Shown: positions 1-11,264 of the stretch, piece after piece
Layout of the letters: each line of letters begins with the position of its first letter
How positions within the stretch are numbered: position 1 is the first letter of the stretch
Notes under the pieces: generated by a model
Seen by the model: only the letters and a program-made list of their open reading frames with translations
Told to the model about the DNA's origin: nothing
Database searches by the model: none
Position numbers and translations under genes: made by a program
NCBI RefSeq assembly: GCF_013315695.1
Contig: NZ_CP054353.1
Reading direction: 5' to 3' (one strand)
DNA from: Escherichia coli
GTDB taxonomy: Bacteria > Pseudomonadota > Gammaproteobacteria > Enterobacterales > Enterobacteriaceae
Length of the DNA: 64,000 nt

Positions 1-14
1 GACTGTTTTTCTGA

Positions 15-1157
<1,143 letters not shown>

Positions 1158-1179
1158 TATTAATAATGAGGGAAATTTA

Positions 1180-1512
1180 ATGAGCTTTTTTATTTCTGAT
1201 GCGGTAGCGGCAACGGGTGCACCGGCGCAAGGTAGCCCGATGTCTTTGATTTTGATGCTGGTGGTATTCGGTCTGATTTTCTATTTCATGATCCTGCGTC
1301 CACAGCAGAAGCGCACCAAAGAACACAAAAAGCTGATGGACTCCATTGCCAAAGGTGATGAAGTTCTGACGAACGGTGGCCTGGTTGGTCGCGTAACCAA
1401 AGTAGCGGAAAACGGCTACATTGCTATCGCGCTGAATGACACCACTGAAGTAGTTATTAAACGTGACTTCGTAGCTGCCGTCCTGCCGAAAGGCACCATG
1501 AAGGCGCTGTAA
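1180..1512 (+). CDS. yajC: Sec translocon accessory subunit YajC
   Basis: 110-aa product starting MSFFISDAVAA with single TM segment; start chosen inside the longer ORF 1150..1512. Confidence 0.93.
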   Translation: MSFFISDAVAATGAPAQGSPMSLILMLVVFGLIFYFMILRPQQKRTKEHKKLMDSIAKGDEVLTNGGLVGRVTKVAENGYIAIALNDTTEVVIKRDFVAAVLPKGTMKAL

Positions 1513-1539
1513 TTAAAATTTTTCCCTAAGGGAATTGCC

Positions 1540-3387
1540 GTGTTAAACCGTTATCCTTTGTGGAAGTACGTCATGCTGATCGTGGTGATTGTCATCGGTC
1601 TGCTGTATGCGCTTCCCAACCTGTTTGGTGAGGATCCGGCTGTTCAGATCACTGGTGCGCGCGGAGTCGCCGCCAGTGAGCAAACGCTGATCCAGGTCCA
1701 GAAAACGTTACAAGAAGAAAAAATAACTGCTAAGTCTGTGGCACTGGAAGAGGGCGCTATTCTTGCGCGCTTCGACTCCACTGACACCCAGCTGCGCGCT
1801 CGTGAAGCATTAATGGGCGTTATGGGTGACAAATACGTCGTGGCGCTTAACCTTGCCCCGGCAACGCCGCGCTGGCTGGCAGCTATTCACGCTGAGCCGA
1901 TGAAGCTCGGCCTTGACCTGCGTGGCGGCGTTCACTTCCTGATGGAAGTGGATATGGACACCGCGCTTGGCAAACTCCAGGAACAAAATATCGATAGCCT
2001 GCGCAGCGACCTGCGTGAAAAGGGCATCCCGTATACCACCGTTCGTAAAGAAAACAACTACGGCCTGAGCATCACTTTCCGCGATGCTAAAGCTCGTGAT
2101 GAAGCCATTGCGTATCTGAGCAAGCGCCATCCGGACCTGGTGATTAGCAGCCAGGGCAGCAACCAGCTGCGTGCGGTAATGAGCGATGCTCGTCTGAGTG
2201 AAGCGCGTGAATATGCGGTGCAGCAGAACATTAATATCCTGCGTAACCGTGTAAACCAACTTGGCGTGGCGGAGCCGGTGGTTCAGCGTCAGGGTGCTGA
2301 CCGTATCGTTGTTGAACTGCCAGGTATTCAGGACACCGCGCGTGCGAAAGAGATTCTGGGTGCGACGGCAACGCTGGAATTCCGTCTGGTAAACACCAAC
2401 GTTGATCAGGCCGCTGCGGCATCCGGCCGCGTACCGGGCGACTCTGAAGTGAAACAGACCCGCGAAGGTCAGCCGGTTGTGCTGTACAAACGCGTAATTC
2501 TGACCGGTGACCATATCACCGACTCCACTTCCAGCCAGGACGAATACAACCAGCCGCAGGTTAACATTTCGCTCGACAGCGCAGGTGGCAACATTATGTC
2601 TAACTTCACCAAGGACAACATCGGCAAACCGATGGCGACCCTGTTTGTGGAGTACAAAGACAGCGGCAAGAAAGATGCTAACGGTCGTGCGGTTCTGGTG
2701 AAACAGGAAGAGGTGATTAACATCGCTAACATCCAGTCTCGTCTGGGTAACAGCTTCCGTATCACCGGTATTAACAACCCGAACGAAGCCCGTCAGCTTT
2801 CACTTTTGCTGCGTGCCGGTGCGTTGATCGCGCCAATTCAGATTGTTGAAGAACGTACCATTGGCCCGACTCTGGGTATGCAGAACATTGAACAGGGGCT
2901 GGAGGCTTGCCTTGCCGGTCTGCTGGTTTCTATTCTGTTTATGATCATCTTCTATAAGAAGTTTGGTCTGATTGCGACCAGTGCTTTGATTGCCAACTTG
3001 ATCTTGATCGTCGGCATTATGTCGCTGTTGCCAGGCGCAACGCTGAGTATGCCAGGTATCGCGGGTATCGTCTTAACCCTTGCGGTAGCGGTCGACGCGA
3101 ACGTACTGATCAACGAACGTATTAAAGAAGAGTTGAGCAACGGACGTACTGTTCAACAGGCAATTGATGAAGGTTATCGTGGCGCATTCAGTTCCATCTT
3201 CGATGCGAACATCACCACGCTGATTAAAGTCATCATCCTGTACGCAGTGGGTACCGGGGCAATTAAAGGGTTCGCGATTACTACCGGTATCGGTGTGGCG
3301 ACGTCGATGTTTACCGCGATTGTCGGTACGCGTGCCATCGTAAACCTGCTATATGGCGGCAAGCGCGTCAAGAAGCTGTCAATCTGA
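1540..3387 (+). CDS. secD: protein translocase subunit SecD
   Basis: 615-aa ORF, GTG start, SecD sequence and position. Confidence 0.95.
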   Translation: MLNRYPLWKYVMLIVVIVIGLLYALPNLFGEDPAVQITGARGVAASEQTLIQVQKTLQEEKITAKSVALEEGAILARFDSTDTQLRAREALMGVMGDKYVVALNLAPATPRWLAAIHAEPMKLGLDLRGGVHFLMEVDMDTALGKLQEQNIDSLRSDLREKGIPYTTVRKENNYGLSITFRDAKARDEAIAYLSKRHPDLVISSQGSNQLRAVMSDARLSEAREYAVQQNINILRNRVNQLGVAEPVVQRQGADRIVVELPGIQDTARAKEILGATATLEFRLVNTNVDQAAAASGRVPGDSEVKQTREGQPVVLYKRVILTGDHITDSTSSQDEYNQPQVNISLDSAGGNIMSNFTKDNIGKPMATLFVEYKDSGKKDANGRAVLVKQEEVINIANIQSRLGNSFRITGINNPNEARQLSLLLRAGALIAPIQIVEERTIGPTLGMQNIEQGLEACLAGLLVSILFMIIFYKKFGLIATSALIANLILIVGIMSLLPGATLSMPGIAGIVLTLAVAVDANVLINERIKEELSNGRTVQQAIDEGYRGAFSSIFDANITTLIKVIILYAVGTGAIKGFAITTGIGVATSMFTAIVGTRAIVNLLYGGKRVKKLSI

Positions 3388-3397
3388 GGAGTGCGAT

Positions 3398-4369
3398 GTG
3401 GCACAGGAATATACTGTTGAACAACTAAACCACGGCCGTAAAGTCTATGACTTTATGCGCTGGGACTACTGGGCTTTCGGCATCTCTGGTCTGCTGTTAA
3501 TCGCCGCTATCGTTATTATGGGCGTGCGCGGCTTTAACTGGGGGCTGGATTTCACCGGTGGTACGGTTATTGAAATTACGCTCGAAAAACCGGCTGAAAT
3601 TGACGTAATGCGTGATGCATTGCAAAAAGCCGGTTTTGAAGAGCCGATGCTGCAAAACTTTGGTAGCAGCCACGACATCATGGTCCGTATGCCGCCTGCT
3701 GAAGGCGAAACCGGCGGTCAGGTGCTGGGCAGCCAGGTTCTGAAGGTGATTAACGAATCCACCAATCAGAATGCGGCAGTGAAGCGTATTGAGTTCGTCG
3801 GTCCGAGCGTGGGGGCAGACCTTGCGCAAACCGGTGCGATGGCGTTGATGGCGGCGCTGCTGTCTATCCTCGTGTACGTAGGTTTCCGCTTTGAGTGGCG
3901 ACTGGCGGCAGGGGTTGTTATTGCGCTGGCGCACGACGTTATCATTACGCTGGGTATTTTGTCGTTATTCCATATCGAGATTGACCTGACCATTGTGGCA
4001 TCGTTGATGTCAGTTATCGGTTACTCGCTTAACGACAGTATCGTGGTATCGGACCGTATTCGTGAAAACTTCCGCAAGATCCGTCGCGGTACGCCTTACG
4101 AAATCTTTAACGTGTCCTTGACCCAGACGCTGCACCGCACCTTGATCACATCCGGTACTACCTTGATGGTTATCCTGATGCTGTACCTCTTCGGTGGTCC
4201 GGTACTGGAAGGCTTCTCGCTGACCATGCTTATCGGTGTTTCCATCGGTACTGCATCTTCCATCTACGTAGCATCGGCGCTGGCTCTGAAACTGGGTATG
4301 AAGCGCGAACACATGCTGCAGCAGAAAGTGGAAAAAGAAGGGGCGGATCAGCCGTCAATTCTGCCTTAA
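3398..4369 (+). CDS. secF: protein translocase subunit SecF
   Basis: 323-aa product starting [10 protein letters not shown] at an in-frame GTG; overlaps the end of secD. Confidence 0.93.
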
Positions 4370-4392
4370 GGGTGTTTTAAATCCGTTCATTT

Positions 4393-4428
4393 AAAAAACC
4401 GTGGCGTATTTGCGCTGCGGTTTTTTTT
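4393..4428 (+). terminator. rho-independent terminator after secF
   Basis: 8-bp stem (ccgtggcg / cgctgcgg, two G-U pairs) with 5-nt loop followed by T8. Confidence 0.55.
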
Positions 4429-4490
4429 CGATTGTTGATTATTTTACTGAATACAGCTTTGGTTGTAGAAAGAGTTCTGACATATACTTT

Positions 4491-4507
4491 GTATTAATAG
4501 TTAATAC
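4491..4507. promoter_or_regulatory. perfect palindrome gtattaa-tag-ttaatac upstream of the antitoxin gene; candidate autoregulatory operator
   Basis: 17-bp palindrome 14 bp upstream of the antitoxin ATG, next to a GGAG ribosome-binding site at 4510-4513. Confidence 0.4.
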
Positions 4508-4520
4508 ATGGAGATCGCTT

Positions 4521-4763
4521 ATGCGCAAAATTACCTCAGTAAGCGTTGGCGAACAATTAGATAGTTTTATTACCCGGATGGTCCAGTCTGGTCGTTATGG
4601 CTCGGCCAGTGAAGTGATGCGTTCAGCGCTTCGTCTATTGGAACAACAAGAATCCCGGGATGAAGCTGTCAGAAATGCAGTTATTGAAGGTCTTGAGAGC
4701 GGTGAAAGTTCGATGACGCTTCGTGATATCGCAGCAGAAAGGAAGCAAAAACATCGTGTATAA
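4521..4763 (+). CDS. type II antitoxin, ParD/ribbon-helix-helix family
   Basis: 80-aa product with RHH-like N-terminus and ...SASEVMRSALRLLEQQE... motif; stop overlaps the downstream toxin start by 8 nt. Confidence 0.8.
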   Translation: MRKITSVSVGEQLDSFITRMVQSGRYGSASEVMRSALRLLEQQESRDEAVRNAVIEGLESGESSMTLRDIAAERKQKHRV

Positions 4764-5037
4764 GCTTAGCGGAAAAGCTGTTGAAGATTTCAGAGGGATC
4801 TATGACTACACGCTGGGAAAGTTTGGTGAGGAGCAGGCGGATCGCTATACCGACTCTCTCGGCATTTTTTTGGATACACTCTCTCAAATGCCCGAGATTG
4901 GTCAAGACTATGATGCGATTCCAGAGGTAAAGAAGATCGCATTTAGGTTTCACACTGTTTATTACGTTATAAGAGTCGATGACATTCTCATTGCGCGCAT
5001 TCTTCATCAGCTGATGGAACCTCGCCGTCACTGGTAA
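4756..5037 (+). CDS. type II toxin, ParE/RelE family
   Basis: 93-aa product (GTG start) with ParE-like features: YKLSGKA...DF..IYDYT N-terminus, YYVIRVDDILIARILH C-terminus; start overlaps the antitoxin stop. Confidence 0.8.
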   Translation: MYKLSGKAVEDFRGIYDYTLGKFGEEQADRYTDSLGIFLDTLSQMPEIGQDYDAIPEVKKIAFRFHTVYYVIRVDDILIARILHQLMEPRRHW

Positions 5038-5124
5038 TGTGAGAATTTCTTGACTCAGGATTGCGAAAATCCCCGCATCTTGGGAAACTGCGCGTAACCC
5101 TACATTTCATCCAGGTAACTTTTC

Positions 5125-5472
5125 ATGGCTATAATCCCAAAAAACTATGCGCGGTTAGAAAGCGGTTATCGCGAAAAAGCATTAAAAATCTATCCGTGGG
5201 TCTGCGGTCGCTGTTCTCGCGAGTTTGTTTATTCCAACCTGCGTGAACTTACCGTTCACCACATTGATCACGACCATACCAATAACCCGGAAGACGGCAG
5301 TAACTGGGAGTTATTGTGTCTTTATTGCCACGATCACGAGCATTCAAAATATACCGAAGCAGATCAGTATGGTACGACCGTTATCGCAGGGGAAGATGCG
5401 CAGAAAGATGTCGGTGAAGCGAAGTACAACCCATTCGCTGACCTGAAAGCGATGATGAACAAGAAGAAGTGA
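5125..5472 (+). CDS. yajD: HNH endonuclease-family protein YajD
   Basis: 115-aa ORF with HHIDHDHTNN and CLYCHDHEH motifs; expected position. Confidence 0.9.
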   Translation: MAIIPKNYARLESGYREKALKIYPWVCGRCSREFVYSNLRELTVHHIDHDHTNNPEDGSNWELLCLYCHDHEHSKYTEADQYGTTVIAGEDAQKDVGEAKYNPFADLKAMMNKKK

Positions 5473-5473
5473 T

Positions 5474-5505
5474 AAAAAATGCCGGATATGAAATCCGGCA
5501 TTCTC
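5474..5505. terminator. bidirectional hairpin terminator between yajD and tsx
   Basis: perfect stem gccggat / atccggc with 5-nt loop, flanked by A-run and T-rich sequence. Confidence 0.6.
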
Positions 5506-5509
5506 ACAA

Positions 5510-6394
5510 TTAGAAGTTGTAACCTACTACCAGGTAACCACCCCAGCCGGTAGAGCGAACGTTGAAGTTGCCGTTGCCGAAGTTCAGTTCTGCATCGTCG
5601 TTCCACTGACCACCGTCGTGCCAGTAACGAGCTACGACAGAGTAGTGCCAATGATCGTAGTTCAGAGCCAGAATATGGCTGGAAGCGATAGAGTTATTAG
5701 TACGGGTCTTAATACCGTTGATTGCGTTACCGCTGTCATCCCCTAAATCGGAACCCCAGTCGAAGTTGGTGAAGCCGATGTAGCTCAGCTGACCGCCCCA
5801 CAGATCGGTAATCGGCACAAAGTATTTAATTTTGAAACGGTAACCGTCCCACTCGTTTTCGTTCGCTGCGCCATAGTTCTGCCACTGGTATTTCGCATAG
5901 ACGTTCATGGACAGGCTCATCGGCAGGCCAGTATCGATATCGGTACCCAGACCCATGTACCAGGTGCTCTGGCGACCATCTTTATTACGACCCATGTCGT
6001 AAATGTAGTTGTTCGCGAAGTACCACTCTTTGAACGGACCAAAGCTAAGGTCAGTATTGGTCAGCTTGTCGATGGAGAAACGTGGTTCGATTTCCATAAA
6101 CAGCGGAGAACCGTGGTTCCAGATACCTTTTGCATCGGAGTTACCGCCGAAGAATACCGGCGCATCCGCATAACCATAGAAGTCGAACCAGTCTTTTTTA
6201 GCGAATGCTTCGTACTCAAGGTAGGTATCGTTGCGGATCTGCGGTCCGAAACGGGTGTGATAGCTTCCGACAACGTTAACGCTCTGGTGCCACCAGTCGG
6301 AAAGATACTGCGGTTTGTCGTTTTCAGCTGCGTTGACAGTAAAAGACGAAGAGAGCGCCAGTACCGCACCGGCTGCCAGTAATGTTTTTTTCAT
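5510..6394 (-). CDS. tsx: nucleoside-specific outer-membrane channel Tsx
   Basis: 294-aa product starting [24 protein letters not shown]; ORF track extends 16 codons further upstream. Confidence 0.95.
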
Positions 6395-6692
6395 ATGTAT
6401 GCCACTGTTTGAAAATCCCTTGCGGGAGTGAAAAAGGCGCAAATTGCGTTTCTAAATATTTCGTATACAGAGGAGCCTATTATAAAAATCATTGCTCACA
6501 AAAATATGTTTCGTTTCACAGTTCTATCATTTACGTAATCGATTGCGTTCACGTTTACACACATTCGGGCGGGGATTGTACTGACTTTCACCCTTGTTGC
6601 AAACTTTTACTATCAATCCAGGTGATGTAAGCGGAGTAACAAAATGACGGGAAAAGATGTTGCGGGACGCACAAAATCGCCCCGCTATACGT

Positions 6693-7099
6693 TTACTGCA
6701 TAACAGGTTGAATGTCGTGGATACGTACAAAGTCTAACTGTTCTACAGAAATCCCCTTTAACTGTAACGGAATATCAACATCGCTGGGGACGAGGACGCT
6801 GGCAGGGGCATTAATCAATTGATTCTGCAAATTGATTTCCTGAAAGTTGTCTATTGTTCCCTGAATTTGCCCATATTCAACAGTTCCGCTGAATGCGGGC
6901 AAGGGGTCATTCGACTCGCCCTGAATACGTAGCGTCAGGGTGGTGCCATCTGTATCATGCGTAATATTCACTAGCGACATACGTAAAGTACCGATCTGGC
7001 TTTCCAGTCTTGCCGGTGTTTTCGCTCCAGGCAGAAGGTAAACCCCACTGCTGGATTTTGCATTCAGCCTGTTTTGCTGAGTGATTTTGACGGTTTCTT
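6693..7099 (-). pseudogene. yajI: yajI lipoprotein gene, 3' (C-terminal) fragment separated from its 5' part by an IS insertion
   Basis: reading frame open from about 7127 to stop at 6693 (about 135 codons); no start or signal peptide; matching N-terminal piece found at 8851..8979. Confidence 0.75.
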
Positions 7100-7118
7100 T
7101 ATCCGGTGCGCCGTAAAA

Positions 7119-7138
7119 CCCCGTCCTTCAGGGCGGGG
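7119..7138 (+). repeat. left-end subterminal hairpin ccccg-tccttcaggg-cgggg
   Basis: 5-bp stem with 10-nt loop; same orientation and same loop as the right-end hairpin. Confidence 0.7.
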
Positions 7139-7159
7139 ATATAAGGCGCGGTTTTCCAC

Positions 7160-7590
7160 CTGACCAGGTGTTTGCTGTTGTTCAATGTATTGGCGGATGA
7201 CGGATATTGGCGCACCTCCGCAGCTACTGGCAAAATAGCCAGGACTCCACAAAACGCCTTTGTAGTAATACCTGACTGCAATATCTGGTCGATCTCGTCG
7301 CAGTCACCTACCCGATACGCCTTTGAGGCTGTTTACCAGACTGGATATCGCCAGTTTGGGAGGATAGTTAATTAACAAATGGACGTGATCTGGTTCGCCA
7401 TCCATTTCAACCAGTTCAGCTTCAAAATCAGCACATACATTTGAATAGTAAGTGCGTAGTTTTTCTGTCGCGTCATGGTCAAAAATCTGGCGTCGGTATT
7501 TGGGACAAAGACCAGGTGAACATGCATCAGGAAAACACAATGCCTTCCACGCCGGATATCGGTTTCTTTTTTCACAGACCAAAGTATCAT
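7160..7590 (-). pseudogene. tnpA: IS200/IS605 Y1 (HUH) transposase tnpA, inactivated by a frameshift and an in-frame TGA
   Basis: frame A gives ...HVHLVFVP, frame B gives CPKYRRQIF...DHVHLLINYPPK...LKGVSGR then TGA at 7304-7306, then WSPGYFASSCGGAPISVIRQYIEQQ in the same frame. Confidence 0.8.
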
Positions 7591-7597
7591 TTGACCT

Positions 7598-8806
7598 GTG
7601 AAACGATTACAGGCATTTAAATTCCAGTTAAGACCAGGTGGTCAACAGGAGTGTGAAATGAGGCGCTTCGCAGGCGCATGTCGTTTCGTTTTCAATCGTG
7701 CTCTGGCGCTTCAGAATGAGAATCATGAGGCCGGTAATAAATACATCCCTTACGGGAAAATGGCTTCCTGGCTGGTTGAGTGGAAAAACGCCACTGAAAT
7801 GCAATGGCTTAAAGATTCGCCCTCACAGCCATTGCAACAGTCACTGAAAGACCTTGAGCGGGCTTACAAAAACTTCTTCCAGAAGCGGGCTGCTTTTCCC
7901 CGATTCAAAAAGCGGGGACAGAATGATGCATTCCGCTACCCGCAGGGCGTTAAGCTCGATCAGGAAAACAGCCGTATTTTTCTGCCGAAACTTGGCTGGA
8001 TGCGCTACCGGAACAGCCGTCAGGTCACGGGTGTTGTGAAAAATGTCACTGTCAGCCAGTCCTGCGGTAAGTGGTACATCAGTATTCAGACAGAAAGTGA
8101 AGTATCCACTCCGGTTCACCCTTCAGCATCAATGGTCGGGCTGGATGCTGGCGTGGCTAAACTCGCCACGCTGTCAGATGGCACAGTCTTTGAGCCTGTA
8201 AACAGTTTTCAGAAAAACCAGAAGACGCTGGCGAGACTTCAGCGACAGTTAAGCCGCAAGGTCGAATTCAGCAATAACTGGCAGAAGCAGAAACGCAAAA
8301 TACAGCGACTGCATTCCCGTATCGCAAATATCCGCAGGGACTACCTTCACAAAGTCACAACGACCGTCAGCAAAAACCACGCAATGATAGTCATTGAGGA
8401 TTTGAAGGTCAGCAACATGTCAAAGTCAGCAGCGGGTACGGTCAGCCAGCCGGGGCGCAATGTCCGGGCAAAATCAGGTTTAAACCGTTCGATACTGGAT
8501 CAGGGCTGGTATGAAATGCGCCGCCAGCTTGAGTACAAGCAGCTCTGGCGTGGCGGTCAGGTGCTTGCTGTTCCGCCAGCGTACACAAGCCAGCGTTGCG
8601 CGTGCTGTGGTCATACAGCGAAAGAAAATCGCCTGTCACAAAGTAAATTCAGATGCCAGGCATGTGGATATACAGCGAACGCTGATGTAAATGGCGCTCG
8701 TAACATTTTAGCGGCGGGGCACGCCGTTCTTGCCTGTGGAGGGATGGTGCAGTCAGGCCGCCCGTTGAAGCAGGAACCCACCGAAATGATTCAGGCGACA
8801 GCCTGA
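7598..8806 (+). CDS. tnpB: IS605-family TnpB (OrfB), RuvC-like RNA-guided endonuclease family
   Basis: 402-aa ORF, GTG start; N-terminus resembles the ISDra2 TnpB N-terminus as I recall it; RuvC motifs [22 protein letters not shown] and CxxC...CxxC zinc finger all present. Confidence 0.92.
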   Translation: MKRLQAFKFQLRPGGQQECEMRRFAGACRFVFNRALALQNENHEAGNKYIPYGKMASWLVEWKNATEMQWLKDSPSQPLQQSLKDLERAYKNFFQKRAAFPRFKKRGQNDAFRYPQGVKLDQENSRIFLPKLGWMRYRNSRQVTGVVKNVTVSQSCGKWYISIQTESEVSTPVHPSASMVGLDAGVAKLATLSDGTVFEPVNSFQKNQKTLARLQRQLSRKVEFSNNWQKQKRKIQRLHSRIANIRRDYLHKVTTTVSKNHAMIVIEDLKVSNMSKSAAGTVSQPGRNVRAKSGLNRSILDQGWYEMRRQLEYKQLWRGGQVLAVPPAYTSQRCACCGHTAKENRLSQSKFRCQACGYTANADVNGARNILAAGHAVLACGGMVQSGRPLKQEPTEMIQATA

Positions 8807-8870
8807 ACGTAGCAGGGATCCACGTCCTTCAGGGCGTGGAGGATGTCAATGAGTTGCGTCATCTCCTGGT
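8650..8870 (+). ncRNA. predicted TnpB guide RNA (omega/right-end RNA) spanning the tnpB 3' end, the right-end hairpin and a flank-derived guide; not directly observed
   Basis: inferred from the known architecture of TnpB elements; right-end hairpin at 8820-8839 and intact tnpB upstream. Confidence 0.35.
8820..8839 (+). repeat. right-end subterminal hairpin ccacg-tccttcaggg-cgtgg
   Basis: 5-bp stem with 10-nt loop, 14 bp downstream of the tnpB stop. Confidence 0.7.
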
Positions 8871-8979
8871 TCAGTGTGCTGACGCTGTGTTTCATCTGCC
8901 GCACTTCGCTTTGCTGCACACAGGCGCTAAGGCTGAACAGGCTTCCCAGCAGGAGCAGTCGAAAAACGTTAGTATTCAT
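8851..8979 (-). pseudogene. yajI: yajI lipoprotein gene, 5' (N-terminal) fragment with signal peptide and lipobox
   Basis: ATG at 8979 then MNTNVFRLLLLGSLFSLSAC (lipobox LSAC); frame runs into the IS right end. Confidence 0.75.
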
Positions 8980-9093
8980 AGGTCGTCCCTTTCTCGTCGC
9001 AATTAGCCTAATGGTAGAGGGTAAAAGCAGTGAAAGCATCGATCCTTTATCTCAAAAGCGTTGCGCCTTTGTTGTATCGTCAGTTCAGGGTAA

Positions 9094-9579
<486 letters not shown>

Positions 9580-9582
9580 GCC

Positions 9583-10686
9583 GTGCAGGACGAGTATTAC
9601 ATGGCGCGGGCGCTAAAGCTGGCGCAACGAGGACGTTTTACCACGCATCCCAACCCGAATGTCGGGTGCGTCATTGTCAAAGATGGCGAAACTGTCGGTG
9701 AAGGTTACCATCAACGAGCGGGTGAACCGCATGCCGAGGTACACGCGTTGCGCATGGCCGGCGAAAAAGCCAAAGGCGCAACGGCGTATGTCACACTCGA
9801 ACCCTGTAGCCATCATGGTCGTACGCCACCGTGTTGTGATGCATTAATTGCTGCGGGCGTGGCGCGCGTGGTTGCTGCAATGCAAGACCCCAATCCGCAG
9901 GTCGCTGGGCGTGGACTTTACCGTCTACAACAGGCTGGTATTGACGTCAGCCACGGGTTGATGATGAGTGAAGCCGAGCAATTGAATAAAGGCTTTCTCA
10001 AGCGGATGCGCACCGGCTTTCCTTATATTCAGTTAAAACTTGGCGCATCGCTTGATGGCCGCACGGCGATGGCGAGCGGCGAAAGCCAGTGGATCACTTC
10101 GCCTCAGGCGCGGCGCGACGTACAACGACTGCGCGCACAAAGTCATGCCATTTTAACCAGCAGCGCCACGGTGCTGGCGGATGATCCAGCCTTAACAGTG
10201 CGTTGGTCTGAACTGGATGAACAAACTCAGGCGCTCTATCCGCAACAAAATCTCCGTCAGCCGATACGTATTGTGATTGATAGCCAAAATCGCGTGACGC
10301 CGGAACATCGCATTGTGCAGCAGCCCGGCGAAACTTGGTTCGCGCGTACTCAGGATGATTCTCGTGAGTGGCCGGAAACGGTGCGTACCTTGCTGATTCC
10401 AGAGCATAAAGGTCATCTGGATCTGGTTGTACTGATGATGCAACTGGGTAAACAGCAAATTAACAGCATCTGGGTGGAAGCGGGGCCAACGCTCGCTGGC
10501 GCATTGCTACAGGCGGGGTTAGTCGATGAGCTGATTGTCTATATCGCACCTAAACTATTAGGCAGCGACGCCCGTGGATTATGCTCGCTGCCAGGGCTTG
10601 AGAAATTAGCCGACGCCCCCCAATTTAAATTCAAAGAGATACGTCATGTAGGCCCGGATGTTTGCCTGCATTTAGTGGGTGCATGA
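9583..10686 (+). CDS. ribD: bifunctional riboflavin biosynthesis deaminase/reductase RibD
   Basis: 367-aa ORF, GTG start, deaminase motif HAEVHAL...[13 protein letters not shown]. Confidence 0.95.
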
Positions 10687-10774
10687 TCTCCCGGCTCGAA
10701 AGGGAAGCAGAGCACGAAATATTATGCTAAAATCCGCCCCCCTGCGGGGCCATACTCGAACCCGAAGGAAGAAA

Positions 10775-11245
10775 ATGAACATTATTGAAGCTAACGTTGC
10801 TACCCCGGACGCTCGCGTCGCCATCACCATCGCGCGTTTCAACAACTTTATCAATGACAGCCTGCTGGAAGGTGCAATTGACGCACTGAAACGTATCGGT
10901 CAGGTAAAAGATGAAAACATTACCGTTGTTTGGGTGCCTGGTGCCTATGAGCTGCCGCTGGCGGCGGGTGCACTGGCTAAAACCGGTAAATACGACGCGG
11001 TGATTGCGCTGGGTACGGTTATTCGTGGTGGCACTGCCCACTTTGAATATGTCGCTGGTGGTGCAAGCAACGGCCTGGCGCATGTTGCCCAGGACAGCGA
11101 AATTCCGGTTGCTTTTGGTGTTCTGACCACTGAAAGCATTGAACAAGCGATCGAACGTGCTGGCACCAAAGCTGGCAACAAAGGTGCAGAAGCTGCACTG
11201 ACCGCGCTTGAAATGATTAATGTATTGAAAGCCATCAAGGCCTGA
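10775..11245 (+). CDS. ribE: 6,7-dimethyl-8-ribityllumazine synthase
   Basis: 156-aa product starting [17 protein letters not shown]; also known as ribH. Confidence 0.93.
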
Positions 11246-11264
11246 AATTAGTAAGGGGAAATCC

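Larger units (their letters stand above)
7100..8850 (+). mobile_element. IS200/IS605-family insertion element (degenerate tnpA, intact tnpB) inserted in yajI; ends approximate (+/- 15 bp)
   Basis: divergent Y1-transposase remnant and 402-aa TnpB, flanked by near-identical subterminal hairpins at 7119-7138 and 8820-8839; yajI fragments on either side. Confidence 0.85.

Noticed and set aside
1810-2514. 234-aa ORF on the minus strand
   Set aside because: Antisense to secD.
6382-6630. 82-aa Cys-rich ORF between tsx and yajI
   Set aside because: Falls in the AT-rich tsx promoter/regulatory region with no ribosome-binding site; likely non-coding.
7304-7582. 92-aa ORF as a stand-alone intact transposase gene
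   Set aside because: It is only the middle section of tnpA; the N-terminal motif is in another frame and the catalytic C-terminus lies beyond an in-frame TGA, so it is called a pseudogene.
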